Below, in pieces: positions 46,728-56,326 of a stretch of DNA of 64,000 bases. Source of the DNA: a virus (taxonomy: Duplodnaviria > Heunggongvirae > Uroviricota > Caudoviricetes). Made by a program: the position numbers and the translations under genes. Position 1 is the stretch's first letter. The number at the start of each line of letters is the position of its first letter. The stretch lies in the IMG/VR virus record IMGVR_UViG_3300037424_001372, positions 76,837 to 140,836 of that record, one strand, 5' to 3'. The notes beneath the pieces were generated by a model. That model ran no database searches, was not told where the DNA came from, and saw only the letters and a list, made by a program, of their open reading frames with translations.

Positions 46728-47483
46728 ATGACAAATAAAATTAAATCGAATTTGTCTGAAGAATATTTAAGACAGTTCAGACATCGGGTGAATTATGTTG
46801 TAAATGAAAGTCCTAAATATCGTCCTTTGGTCGGTACTAGTGAGGAATTTGATGAAATGCCAACATTTACTAATGAAGCTGGGGAGCAAGATAATATACC
46901 TAAACCACCTAAACCAGAAGATGATAACACATCACCAGAATCAGCCAATAATCAATCACAGGAAATAAACTCTCCAGTCCCAGCGTTTGATGCTGGCGAA
47001 ACATCACCTGATGAAGTAGATAGTCCTATTGGAGACCCAATGACATCGAATTCATCAGACATGCCCTCCACTGAAATGCAACATCCTGAAAATCAAGTTA
47101 ATGATATACAAAATGAAATTATTAAACACAATATTGAGGCAATGAAAAGTATTCACTCTCAATTAGAAAGTTTAAATAATACTGTTTTGGGTTTGAATAA
47201 TAAATTAAATATATTAACAACAGATGTTGAAGAAGTTAGAGAACCAAGTAATTCAGAAAAATTAATGAATAAAACTAATGTAAGCTATCCTTATTACTTT
47301 AATCTTAATGATTTATGGCACGATAACTGGTTTGATAAAAAACATGGTGATATAAAAAATGAAAAAGGTGAAGTTGAGGTTGAAAGAGGTATTAGAGAAT
47401 TACCTGATGGTAGTTTTATTGCCGATTTTGATGAATTGCCTAAAAATTTAAATATTGAAGATAGTTTTAATGATATTAAATAA
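46728..47483 (+). CDS. Acidic, partly disordered protein (putative scaffold or internal head protein)
   Basis: P/D/E-rich linker, a coiled coil, and LSE/VNE motifs near the N-terminus. Confidence 0.5.
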   Translation: MTNKIKSNLSEEYLRQFRHRVNYVVNESPKYRPLVGTSEEFDEMPTFTNEAGEQDNIPKPPKPEDDNTSPESANNQSQEINSPVPAFDAGETSPDEVDSPIGDPMTSNSSDMPSTEMQHPENQVNDIQNEIIKHNIEAMKSIHSQLESLNNTVLGLNNKLNILTTDVEEVREPSNSEKLMNKTNVSYPYYFNLNDLWHDNWFDKKHGDIKNEKGEVEVERGIRELPDGSFIADFDELPKNLNIEDSFNDIK

Positions 47484-47923
47484 TGAAAGTTAATCATCCA
47501 TATGGTTCAAAAGAAAGATTATTTGAAATGTTTAATAAAATTAATTGTATTAATGAAGATATTCTTCCTAAAGAGAATAAAATTGAGATAATTAATAAAT
47601 TTATTAAAGAAGTTTCAGAATATCTTGGTGTTGATGATAATAAAATTGAAATATCATATAAACCCACTGAAGCTGCTGAAATGCAATCATTTGGTAAACA
47701 CACTCCTAGTACAGGTATTATTAGAGTAGTCGCTATTAATAGAAATTTAGCAGATATTTTAAGAACACTTGCACATGAAATGGTACATCGTAAACAAGAA
47801 AAAGAAGGTAGGTTATATGCAGGTGCTGGTGAAGATGGTACTGATATCGAAAATGAGGCTAATGCTGAAGCTGCAATAATAATGAGAAGGTTTGGTAAAG
47901 CCAATCCAATAATTTTTGAATAA
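47483..47923 (+). CDS. Zincin-like metallopeptidase-domain protein (putative internal head protein)
   Basis: LRTLAHEMVHRKQ (HExxH) and ENEANAEA; N-terminus shared with the next gene. Confidence 0.65.
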   Translation: MKVNHPYGSKERLFEMFNKINCINEDILPKENKIEIINKFIKEVSEYLGVDDNKIEISYKPTEAAEMQSFGKHTPSTGIIRVVAINRNLADILRTLAHEMVHRKQEKEGRLYAGAGEDGTDIENEANAEAAIIMRRFGKANPIIFE

Positions 47924-47936
47924 AAAGACAGAAATA

Positions 47937-49364
47937 ATGAAAGTATATAATTCAATCGGAAGTAAAGAAAGATTTCTTGAAATGTTTAAAGGAATTAATA
48001 AAATTCAATTAAATGAAGATGTTATTAATTCTAATCAAATCGGTTATCGCTTACTTGAAAATGAGTTTAATAAATTAAAAAGCGGAAATGCTCGTATTAA
48101 ACAAAAAAATACTCAAGTTGATGGTAAGAATAATTATGTTGAGGTTATTATTGGTGATGATAATAGTGATGTTATATTTAGATTCAAAATAAATTCAACT
48201 GAAGGCGAACAAGACGATACATATGATGTTAATAACGCTAATTTGGTTGAATTTGATTTTAATTCTTCATCACAAAATATTGAATTGGATGAAACTAGTA
48301 AAGAAATTCAAAATTTTAATTCATCGCATAAACACGAAATAATGGACATTGTTACAGAATATGGTGATTTTGAAAGCGATGATATTGGTGTTGATGATGA
48401 ATTATATGAAGAAGCAATTAAATTGATTGATAAAGTTCCATATAAAAATGGTACCGAAACTATGCAAACAAATAAAGCATATGTAGACCAAAAACCCACT
48501 AATTCAAAATTAAGAGTTAATGCTGATGAGTTAAATAAATTTGCTGTTAGTGAATCTGAAGACGAGTATATTAGAGATGATTATACTGAACCTAATAATG
48601 ATGAAGATATGTTTGCTCTTCCTCCTGATTATAATCCTGCTGATTTACCTAAAGCAACTACCGATGATAATAGTAAGGGTATTGACCCATATAATCAATT
48701 ACATAGTGGTGAAGAGGAAGATGCTGATGCTGAAGAACAAACATTATTTAGTCAAGCATATGATAATTTACTTTCTCGTGGAATGAGTATGCCTACAAGA
48801 TTCTATATTGAAAAGGAAATGGAAAAAATTAAAAATGGTGATAAACCTGTTGAAAAGACAAGAGCATTTAGCAAGGAAAGACCTGAATGGGCGTTAGAAG
48901 AAGATGTTCACACACAAATAATGGCCGGAAATACTTATGACACATTATCTCCCGAATTAAAAAGAAAATTAATAATAAATGCCGATAAAATTTTATTTAA
49001 TGAATTGGGTCAAAGATATCTCGAAATGCCAAATAATGAACATAATAGATTAATTAAAGATAAAGCAATTGAATTATATAGTGATTATGTTGGCAATACT
49101 TATAATTTAGGTAGATTTTCAACCGGTTTAAATGAAGATAATGAAAAAAGTTATCCTAAAGGAATTGGGGGCGAATTTAAACCTGAACCACAAATACACG
49201 ATAAAAAGAAAAAATCAAAATCAGTTGTTAAATTAAAGGAGGATGATGAAATGGACTTTGATGTTGATAATGTAATTGTTGATAAAGAAAAAAGGGGCAA
49301 TATTATTTCAGGTGGTAAGGCAGATGATAATATACTTAATTTTAATATGGATTATTTTTTATAA
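47937..49364 (+). CDS. Acidic putative internal head protein
   Basis: MKVYNSIGSKERFLEMF...LNED; several LxE motifs; ends shortly after 'ISGGKADD'. Confidence 0.55.
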   Translation: MKVYNSIGSKERFLEMFKGINKIQLNEDVINSNQIGYRLLENEFNKLKSGNARIKQKNTQVDGKNNYVEVIIGDDNSDVIFRFKINSTEGEQDDTYDVNNANLVEFDFNSSSQNIELDETSKEIQNFNSSHKHEIMDIVTEYGDFESDDIGVDDELYEEAIKLIDKVPYKNGTETMQTNKAYVDQKPTNSKLRVNADELNKFAVSESEDEYIRDDYTEPNNDEDMFALPPDYNPADLPKATTDDNSKGIDPYNQLHSGEEEDADAEEQTLFSQAYDNLLSRGMSMPTRFYIEKEMEKIKNGDKPVEKTRAFSKERPEWALEEDVHTQIMAGNTYDTLSPELKRKLIINADKILFNELGQRYLEMPNNEHNRLIKDKAIELYSDYVGNTYNLGRFSTGLNEDNEKSYPKGIGGEFKPEPQIHDKKKKSKSVVKLKEDDEMDFDVDNVIVDKEKRGNIISGGKADDNILNFNMDYFL

Positions 49365-49500
49365 TAGAAAACAACATTATGATTATAATGGAGAATTAAA
49401 GAAAAAAGATATTATTAGACAACAAGAAATTATAAGTGAGTTAAAATGTAAATTTTATAGATATAACGAAAATAAAAATGTATTATATGAAATATTCTGA
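49365..49500 (+). pseudogene. C-terminal fragment of a Vsr-like endonuclease
   Basis: ...KQHYDYNGELKKKDIIRQQEIISELKCKFYRYNE matches the H..D..R......L...F.R tail of Vsr/DUF559-like nucleases; no N-terminal part is present. Confidence 0.55.
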
Positions 49501-50275
49501 TTATATTAAAGATTTCCAATACATTGGAAATGGAAAAGGCATTAACACATCACCCAATGATGTTGATTTAAGTGAATTATTAGTTGGAATTGCTGTTGAA
49601 TTTGAACATACTGATGATATTAATATGTCTACATCAATAGCACTTGACCATTTAAGTGAAAATGATAAATATTATACAATATTAATTAATTCAGGTCTTG
49701 TAGATGAAAATAAATCAATACAATTGGCATTGAAATTTTTACAGGATGTTAATATAATGTATAATAATGGCGAAGAAAAATCTCAAATTGAAAAAGATGA
49801 TTCTAAACTTTATCCTGATAGTCGGAAAGAAATGAATGATATGAATGATATGATTTTAAGTCCAAATAGTCCACAATATTTAAATAATGATGATGATACT
49901 ACCGATGAATTATTGGGTTATAAACCACATAATGTTGGCGATTATACTAATGAAGTTGATATTGTGAGCAGTAATGAATTAGATAATGGTGACCGTTATC
50001 AAAACACTAATGATAATAAAACATATACTGTTCAAGGAACTGAAAATAATAATAAAGAAGTAAAACTCCAAGGTAATGATGGTACTGAAAAAGTTGTTTC
50101 TATTGATAATATGGATTTGTTAAAAAAATTGAGCGAAACAGAAATAAAAAATAATGATTTAATCACGGAAGAACAAATTAAATTAGCAAGACAAGCCCTT
50201 AATAACAGAGGTATTATTAATAATATGACAAAACAAGAAGCTGTTAGATTATTGATTAAACATAATATTAAATAA
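49478..50275 (+). CDS. DUF5661-like domain protein (putative head-associated)
   Basis: ELLVGIAVEFEHT...IALDHLSENDKYY..L; acidic C-terminus with LSE/ITE motifs. Confidence 0.55.
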   Translation: MYYMKYSDYIKDFQYIGNGKGINTSPNDVDLSELLVGIAVEFEHTDDINMSTSIALDHLSENDKYYTILINSGLVDENKSIQLALKFLQDVNIMYNNGEEKSQIEKDDSKLYPDSRKEMNDMNDMILSPNSPQYLNNDDDTTDELLGYKPHNVGDYTNEVDIVSSNELDNGDRYQNTNDNKTYTVQGTENNNKEVKLQGNDGTEKVVSIDNMDLLKKLSETEIKNNDLITEEQIKLARQALNNRGIINNMTKQEAVRLLIKHNIK

Positions 50276-50294
50276 TTATTTAAAATTTTAACAA

Positions 50295-50325
50295 CAAAAA
50301 AGACTACTATGAGTAGTCTTTTTTG
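50295..50325 (+). terminator. Rho-independent terminator
   Basis: CAAAAAAGACTACT-ATG-AGTAGTCTTTTTTG. Confidence 0.8.
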
Positions 50326-50332
50326 TTTGAGA

Positions 50333-50340
50333 GTATTTAT
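50333..50340 (+). promoter_or_regulatory. Putative late promoter GTATTTAT
   Basis: 15 nt upstream of ATG 50356. Confidence 0.65.
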
Positions 50341-50355
50341 ATTAAAATATTATAT

Positions 50356-51759
50356 ATGAGTATTTTTCGTTCATACTATTCAAAAAATAATACTTTAATT
50401 AATTCGAACACAACAAATAATGGGCAAAATCCAGTGACTGAAATTGCTTATGGTTCACCTGAAGCAATTATTAGTAGATTTATTTTTGATGTTGATTTAT
50501 CTAATCTTCTTAATAAAATAGATAATGGGTTTATTATACCTAATAATTTAACTCATATCTTACATATGACAAACACAATTGCATATGCCCCACAATATGT
50601 TGGAAAAAAATCATATTCAACAAGTATTGATAGGGCTAATAGTTTTGAGTTAGAATTGTTTAATATTAATGAAGATTGGGATGAAGGTAGTGGTTATGAT
50701 TTTTTCCTAGGCAATTATGTTCCATTAAATTTAACAGAACAAGCATCAAATTGGAAATATCGTAAAACAGATATATTATGGTCTACTGAAGGTATTTATG
50801 AAAGTGGAGTCACTCAAATATTTGGTTCTCAAACATTTGATAAGGGTAGTGAAATGTTAAGTATTGATGTTACTGATTATATTAATCAAAGATTATTTAA
50901 TAGCGGAACCACATATTCGGGAGATTCATATGGATTGGGTCTTAAATTCATTGATAATCTTGAAGAAATTAATACATTAAACACTCAAGCAGTGGCTTTT
51001 CATGCTAAAAATACTAATACTTGGTATGAACCATATATTGAAACTATTATAGATGATAGCATTATTGATGATAGAAATTATTTTTATCAAAATAAAGATA
51101 ATTATCTTTATTTATATGTTAATATTGGTGGAGCGAATCAAAACATTATTGTTAATAATGTTATAATATATGACAACGATGATAATGTCGTTACAACGAT
51201 TTCAGGTGATTCTGTTATTAATGTAAAAAAAGGTGTTTATAAAATCTTATTAAATATTGATTCTGAAATATATCCAGATTCAGTTTTATTTAAAGATGAA
51301 TGGAATATGAATATTAATGGTAGGAATACTCAACATATTGGAGAATTTTATTTAATATCGGATGTGAATTATTATTCATTCAATCAATCTAATAATATTA
51401 ATTTTGATAATTATTATTTTTATTTTTGGGGTATTTCTGAAAAAGAAAAGATTAGTGCAGGAAATGTTAGAAAAGTTAATCTAACAATAAAAGAATTATA
51501 CCCGAATCAAAATAATTTTATACCTTTGGATATTGAATATCGTATATTCACAACTATTGCCGATAAATATGAAATTGATGTCGTACCATTTACTAGTGTT
51601 GACAGAACTTGTTATGGTTATGAATTTAATATCGATACATCATGGTTAATACCACAAGACTATAAATTACAAATTAGAATGAAAAATGGTAATTATTTTG
51701 AAAATAAACAAACCTTATCGTTTACAATTATTTCAAATAAAATTTCAGGAATTTTTTAA
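50356..51759 (+). CDS. Virion structural protein (DNRLRE-like N-terminal domain plus Ig-like C-terminus)
   Basis: KNNTL...N.G.NP..EI...SRFIFD.DL, WDEGSG, SNW, IDVTDYI, P.IE. Start set at the ATG after the late motif. Confidence 0.55.
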   Translation: MSIFRSYYSKNNTLINSNTTNNGQNPVTEIAYGSPEAIISRFIFDVDLSNLLNKIDNGFIIPNNLTHILHMTNTIAYAPQYVGKKSYSTSIDRANSFELELFNINEDWDEGSGYDFFLGNYVPLNLTEQASNWKYRKTDILWSTEGIYESGVTQIFGSQTFDKGSEMLSIDVTDYINQRLFNSGTTYSGDSYGLGLKFIDNLEEINTLNTQAVAFHAKNTNTWYEPYIETIIDDSIIDDRNYFYQNKDNYLYLYVNIGGANQNIIVNNVIIYDNDDNVVTTISGDSVINVKKGVYKILLNIDSEIYPDSVLFKDEWNMNINGRNTQHIGEFYLISDVNYYSFNQSNNINFDNYYFYFWGISEKEKISAGNVRKVNLTIKELYPNQNNFIPLDIEYRIFTTIADKYEIDVVPFTSVDRTCYGYEFNIDTSWLIPQDYKLQIRMKNGNYFENKQTLSFTIISNKISGIF

Positions 51760-51773
51760 ATTTTTTAAAATTC

Positions 51774-51804
51774 TTGCATTTATTTTAGATGAGGGCTATA
51801 TTTG
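51774..51804 (+). promoter_or_regulatory. Bacteroidota-type promoter TTG-N20-TATATTTG
   Basis: Heads the replication operon. Confidence 0.7.
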
Positions 51805-51855
51805 TAGTACAATTTTATAATTGAAAAATAACTTTACTGTAAAAAATTTATTGAA

Positions 51856-53121
51856 ATGAGTAATGAAAATCAGACAAGTCAAGACTTGTCGCATTTAAAA
51901 TCGATGTTTGCCGATTATCAAAAAAAGCAAACACAAGGAACTGGAAAAAAAAGTCGTGAAGACTTATTGGCAAAGTACTTCGTACCAAGAAAGACCAAGG
52001 AAACATTTCGTATTCTACCTCCCAAAAAAGGGAAAAAACCTATCGAAGAAGCTTATTTTCATGTTGTAACATTAAATGGTGCTGGTGGTAAGAAAAAACA
52101 TAGTCAAATTATCTATTGCCCTGCCCATAATGACCCTAAAGTACCAAAATTAGGTGTTGATGGAAAACCTGTGTTAGATGCAAGTGGTGCCCCTATTTTA
52201 GTCCCTGCTCCATGTCCTTTATGTGCAAAAAGCAAACAAGAATTGTCCAAACAAGACCCTTCTATTAAAGGAATCAAGAAGGAAAATATGAATGAATTCC
52301 AATTGATAATCAAAGCTAAGAATGATGAAATTTATAAGGTAGCTAATACTTGGGCTGCTAAACAATTCCATATAATTCGTGGTATTGATAAAGGCATGGA
52401 AAAAGATGGTGTTAAATTCTGGAGATTTAAACACAATTTTAAAAATCAAGGTACTCTTGATAAATTATTACCAGTTCTTCAAAATTACATTGATGTTGCC
52501 CAAGCTGACTTTACTAGTTCTGTTGATGGTACAGATTTAATTATCAGTATGACTGATAGTGAATTTAATGGCCATGTTTACAAAGCAATCACAGCTATTA
52601 CAGCAAAAGGAAAATCACAATTACATGCGGATGCTGATGTGGTTAGAAGTTGGCTTGATGATGATATCACTTGGAGAGATGTTTTCTTGCCCAAAAAGGC
52701 ACCAAATATCACTTCATATGAATTTCTTCAAATGGTTGCACAAGGAACCAATCCTTATTGGGATGATAGCGATCAAAATAATAAACATTGGGTATTCCCG
52801 GGTCGTCCTGATTTACAAGAAAAGGCAAATACTCGTACCATGAATCTTGATAACGATAGTAATAATAATTTCGAACAAGCAAGTGACTTGGAAGAAACGA
52901 CTTATCAACCTCAAGTAACGATTAGTAACATTAAACCTAGTGACGTTGGTACTTATCAAGATGATGCAAGTGATTTGGGTAAAGAAGTAATGGCTAGTGC
53001 TACTCAAGCAACAAATGCAGCTACTCAACAATCATATCAAACAACCCCTCAATCATCAAACAATAGTGAATCATTTGATGAATCAGACGGTGGTGATGAA
53101 TATGATGACCTTCCTTTTTGA
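51856..53121 (+). CDS. ssb: Single-stranded DNA-binding protein (T4 gp32-like)
   Basis: FRILPP, FH, C...CPLC zinc ligands, GVKFWRF, GTDLII; acidic tail ending DDLPF; upstream of the recombinase. Confidence 0.8.
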   Translation: MSNENQTSQDLSHLKSMFADYQKKQTQGTGKKSREDLLAKYFVPRKTKETFRILPPKKGKKPIEEAYFHVVTLNGAGGKKKHSQIIYCPAHNDPKVPKLGVDGKPVLDASGAPILVPAPCPLCAKSKQELSKQDPSIKGIKKENMNEFQLIIKAKNDEIYKVANTWAAKQFHIIRGIDKGMEKDGVKFWRFKHNFKNQGTLDKLLPVLQNYIDVAQADFTSSVDGTDLIISMTDSEFNGHVYKAITAITAKGKSQLHADADVVRSWLDDDITWRDVFLPKKAPNITSYEFLQMVAQGTNPYWDDSDQNNKHWVFPGRPDLQEKANTRTMNLDNDSNNNFEQASDLEETTYQPQVTISNIKPSDVGTYQDDASDLGKEVMASATQATNAATQQSYQTTPQSSNNSESFDESDGGDEYDDLPF

Positions 53122-53149
53122 AAAGGTGATTATAAATTAAATGATTTTT

Positions 53150-53178
53150 ATGCCCATCCACAAACAAAGGATGGGCAT
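53150..53178 (+). terminator. Hairpin/terminator
   Basis: ATGCCCATCC-N9-GGATGGGCAT. Confidence 0.7.
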
Positions 53179-53234
53179 TTACAATATTTTGAAAAATTAA
53201 AAAATATTCACAATTAAAAAAATATTTTATAGTT

Positions 53235-54380
53235 ATGGCAAAAAAAGATAATATAGAAGTGCCTGAAACACCTGTAAGAAAACCTACTGCAAAAAAGTCT
53301 TTTTCTCTTGATGATTTTAAAAAAAAGGTTGGTGCTGTAGACATACCATCCAAACCATTGGAATGGATACCTATTGATGATGGTTTAAAAGAAGCTACTG
53401 GAATGCCGGGTTTACCTAAAGGTTTTGTTACATTATTTAGAGGATATTCAAATACAGGTAAATCAACATCTTTAATGCGTTCAATCGTAAATGCTCAAAA
53501 AGCTGGTGATTTAGTTATTATTATCGATACTGAAAATAATATTGATCTTGATAATAAACGATTAACTTCAATGGGATTTAATTGGGATGGTGATTACATT
53601 TTAATAAATAATAAGTATTTACTAGAACATTTTGGTAAAATTCAAGATAAGAATCGAAATGAGGCTAGTATTGAGGACATGGCAAAATGCATGTATTATT
53701 TTATTGATCAACAAAAATCTGGTAATTTACCATATAATCTATTCTTTGCTATTGATTCAATTGGCACTTTAAATTGCATTAAAACAATTAATGCTCTTGA
53801 AAAAAATGAATCTGATAACAATCAATGGAATGCAGGTGCTTATGAAAAAGCGTTTATGTCAATGTTAAATAACACTGTTCCAGATAGTAGAAGAATCGAT
53901 AGTGAATATTTCATTACAGTAGCTGCTGTTCAGAAAATTTGGTATGATGCAATGAATAAGGTGGTGAAACACAAAGGTGGTGAAACATGGTTCTTTGGTT
54001 CAAGATTAATTTATCATTTTGGAGGTATTATTACGCATGGTACTCGTAGAGTTACTGCAACATCAAAAGGTCGTGATTTGAATTATGGTTTTGAAAGTAA
54101 AGTAAATATTGCTAAAAATCATGTTGATGGTGAATGGGGTGGTATTTCGCTTGAAGGTAAAGTCATTTCAACTCCACAAGGATTTATTTATGGTGATAAA
54201 GCAAATGAAGAAGCATTTAAGAAAAAGAACATACTTTATTTCCGTAATAAATTTGAAGATGATACTTTAACTGCTGATGATATTGAGTTTAAATCAAAAC
54301 CAATGGATAGTGATGGTAATGTATCATTTGAAGATGATATTGTTGAAAAAATAAGAAATTTTGAAGAAGGACAGAGTTAA
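53235..54380 (+). CDS. uvsX: RecA/UvsX-like recombinase
   Basis: G.PKG.VT..RGYSNTGKST (Walker A), IIDTEN, FAIDSIG (Walker B), KGG, KNHV. Confidence 0.85.
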   Translation: MAKKDNIEVPETPVRKPTAKKSFSLDDFKKKVGAVDIPSKPLEWIPIDDGLKEATGMPGLPKGFVTLFRGYSNTGKSTSLMRSIVNAQKAGDLVIIIDTENNIDLDNKRLTSMGFNWDGDYILINNKYLLEHFGKIQDKNRNEASIEDMAKCMYYFIDQQKSGNLPYNLFFAIDSIGTLNCIKTINALEKNESDNNQWNAGAYEKAFMSMLNNTVPDSRRIDSEYFITVAAVQKIWYDAMNKVVKHKGGETWFFGSRLIYHFGGIITHGTRRVTATSKGRDLNYGFESKVNIAKNHVDGEWGGISLEGKVISTPQGFIYGDKANEEAFKKKNILYFRNKFEDDTLTADDIEFKSKPMDSDGNVSFEDDIVEKIRNFEEGQS

Positions 54381-54401
54381 TAATATCAAAAAATCATAAG
54401 G

Positions 54402-54434
54402 TTTCCGTTAAGTCAATTTTTGGCTTAACGGAAA
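54402..54434 (+). terminator. Hairpin/terminator
   Basis: TTTCCGTTAAGTCAA...TTGGCTTAACGGAAA. Confidence 0.6.
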
Positions 54435-54481
54435 TTAGTTGATGTTAATGATTTTATTAAAAAATATTTAATAGTCAAATT

Positions 54482-55540
54482 ATGAAAAATAGAACATTAT
54501 TAGTTGACTCAAATTATTTATTAAAACGTTCATTTCATGGTGCAAAAGACATATATACTAACTCATTCGGACATTTAGGAGGATTATACCAATTTTATAC
54601 AACTTTAAGAAAATTAATTAAAGATTATAAAATAAATAAAGTTATATTATTTTTTGATGGTGAGGGCGGTGGGATTGCAAGATATAGAATTGACCCGGCA
54701 TATAAAGCCAATCGAAAATCTAAAGAATGGCATAAGAAAATAGAAATGACTGCTGCAGAACTACGTAGAGAAAAAGCAAAAGAAGAATCAATTTTAAAAC
54801 AACGTAAACGTATTCAAGCATATGCCGAAGAATTATTTTTAAGACAAATTGAAGTTGATGATATTGAAGCCGATGATTTAATTGCATCATATTGCCTAGA
54901 ACATAATAATAAAGAAGAAATTTTTTTATATTCAAATGATAGAGATTTCGCACAATTTTTTGATCTAAACATCACCATAATATTTCCTAATATTAATGAA
55001 CCAATTACTAAAGTTAATTATATGATGCATTTTAATCATCATTATAGTAATGCTTTAACAATTAAAATTATTCAAGGTGATACTGCAGATAATATTGCAG
55101 GAATTGCTGAAATGGGGGAAAAAACATTATTAAAACATTTTCCTGAATTAAATTTTAAACATATGTCAGTTAGAGATATATGTAAACGTGCTGATGAAAT
55201 TAATAAGGAAAGGGTTGAAAATAAAAAGAAACCAATTAAAGCATTAGAAAATTTAATATCTCCCGAAGGAATTGAAAGATTGAAAATTAATTTCCAATTA
55301 GTAAATTTAAGGGAACCTATGCTTAATGAACAAGCAAAAGAAGAATTGCTTCAATTAGAAATTCCGTTATCTCCAGATGGTCGAGGAAGTAAGCTGTTAT
55401 ATAAAATGATGCTTGAAGATGAGTTTTTAACTGTATATGGTAGTACATTTACACAATATGTTGAACCTTTTTATACTGTTATTATGAATGAAAAACAATT
55501 ACTTACCGAATATTATAAAAATAATAAGGATTTGCGATAA
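54482..55540 (+). CDS. 5'-3' exonuclease/flap endonuclease (T4 RNase H or PolA N-domain-like)
   Basis: LLVDSNYL..R.FH, FFDG, YKANR, EADDLIA, SNDRDFAQ, GDTADNIAGI..MGEKT. Confidence 0.9.
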   Translation: MKNRTLLVDSNYLLKRSFHGAKDIYTNSFGHLGGLYQFYTTLRKLIKDYKINKVILFFDGEGGGIARYRIDPAYKANRKSKEWHKKIEMTAAELRREKAKEESILKQRKRIQAYAEELFLRQIEVDDIEADDLIASYCLEHNNKEEIFLYSNDRDFAQFFDLNITIIFPNINEPITKVNYMMHFNHHYSNALTIKIIQGDTADNIAGIAEMGEKTLLKHFPELNFKHMSVRDICKRADEINKERVENKKKPIKALENLISPEGIERLKINFQLVNLREPMLNEQAKEELLQLEIPLSPDGRGSKLLYKMMLEDEFLTVYGSTFTQYVEPFYTVIMNEKQLLTEYYKNNKDLR

Positions 55541-55569
55541 AATACCTTTCAATTTCAATGATTAATATT

Positions 55570-55577
55570 TATATTTG
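55570..55577 (+). promoter_or_regulatory. Host-type -7 element TATATTTG overlapping TATTTATA
   Basis: Upstream of 55617. Confidence 0.45.
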
Positions 55578-55616
55578 TAATTGTAATTAATCATAAACAA
55601 TTTAATTTTTATTTAT

Positions 55617-56243
55617 ATGTATGAAAAAGAATATAATAATGTGTTTAAATTTTCATTAACACAGGGTAATGTATTGTTGTGTGAAAAGATTTTTGATGCA
55701 GATAATTACAATCCCTTTACAAGGTATTCAATCGACATTAGAGATATTTTACCTAAAGCAATTACTAGACTTCAAAAAACATTGTCAAAAAGAAATTATG
55801 ATGTCCTTGTTGAAGTTGGTCAAGATGAATCTGGTTCTGAAATGATAATTGATTTAAATGATCATTATGAAAAAATGATTAATTGGTTTCCAGAATTGTG
55901 GAGAAATGATTTAAGATATAATCCACAATTAATTATACAGCAAATTGAACAAAAAACTATTCGTGGCGTACCATGTAAAATGGGGTTATATATTAATGAA
56001 AACCCAATTGTTGAAAGAGAATTTTTTGTAGATGGTTTTAATCCGATTGCTAAAAATTCTATTGATTTGATCGAAGTTGTTGTTGACATTACCGATAATA
56101 TCTCAAATAAAATCAAAAAAAACGACATAAAAAATATGTGGGATGATTATGATTTGATCAATTATTTGGGTTTAACAATTAATCAAATCAGAGAACTTAC
56201 ATCTTATAAAAGAGACGAGCTATTACGTAGAATTAGAAAATAA
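55617..56243 (+). CDS. Hypothetical protein in the replication operon
   Basis: 208 aa with an internal duplicated motif (EKIFDADNYNP / EREFFVDGFNP); upstream of the helicase. Confidence 0.6.
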   Translation: MYEKEYNNVFKFSLTQGNVLLCEKIFDADNYNPFTRYSIDIRDILPKAITRLQKTLSKRNYDVLVEVGQDESGSEMIIDLNDHYEKMINWFPELWRNDLRYNPQLIIQQIEQKTIRGVPCKMGLYINENPIVEREFFVDGFNPIAKNSIDLIEVVVDITDNISNKIKKNDIKNMWDDYDLINYLGLTINQIRELTSYKRDELLRRIRK

Positions 56244-56265
56244 TACTATTATTTCTTTAACTTTT

Positions 56266-56298
56266 AATTTATGGTAATTTAAACAATTACCATAAATT
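56266..56298 (+). terminator. 14-bp hairpin upstream of the helicase
   Basis: AATTTATGGTAATT-TAAAC-AATTACCATAAATT followed by Ts. Confidence 0.5.
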
Positions 56299-56326
56299 TT
56301 TATATACAAATCACATTATATCTTTT

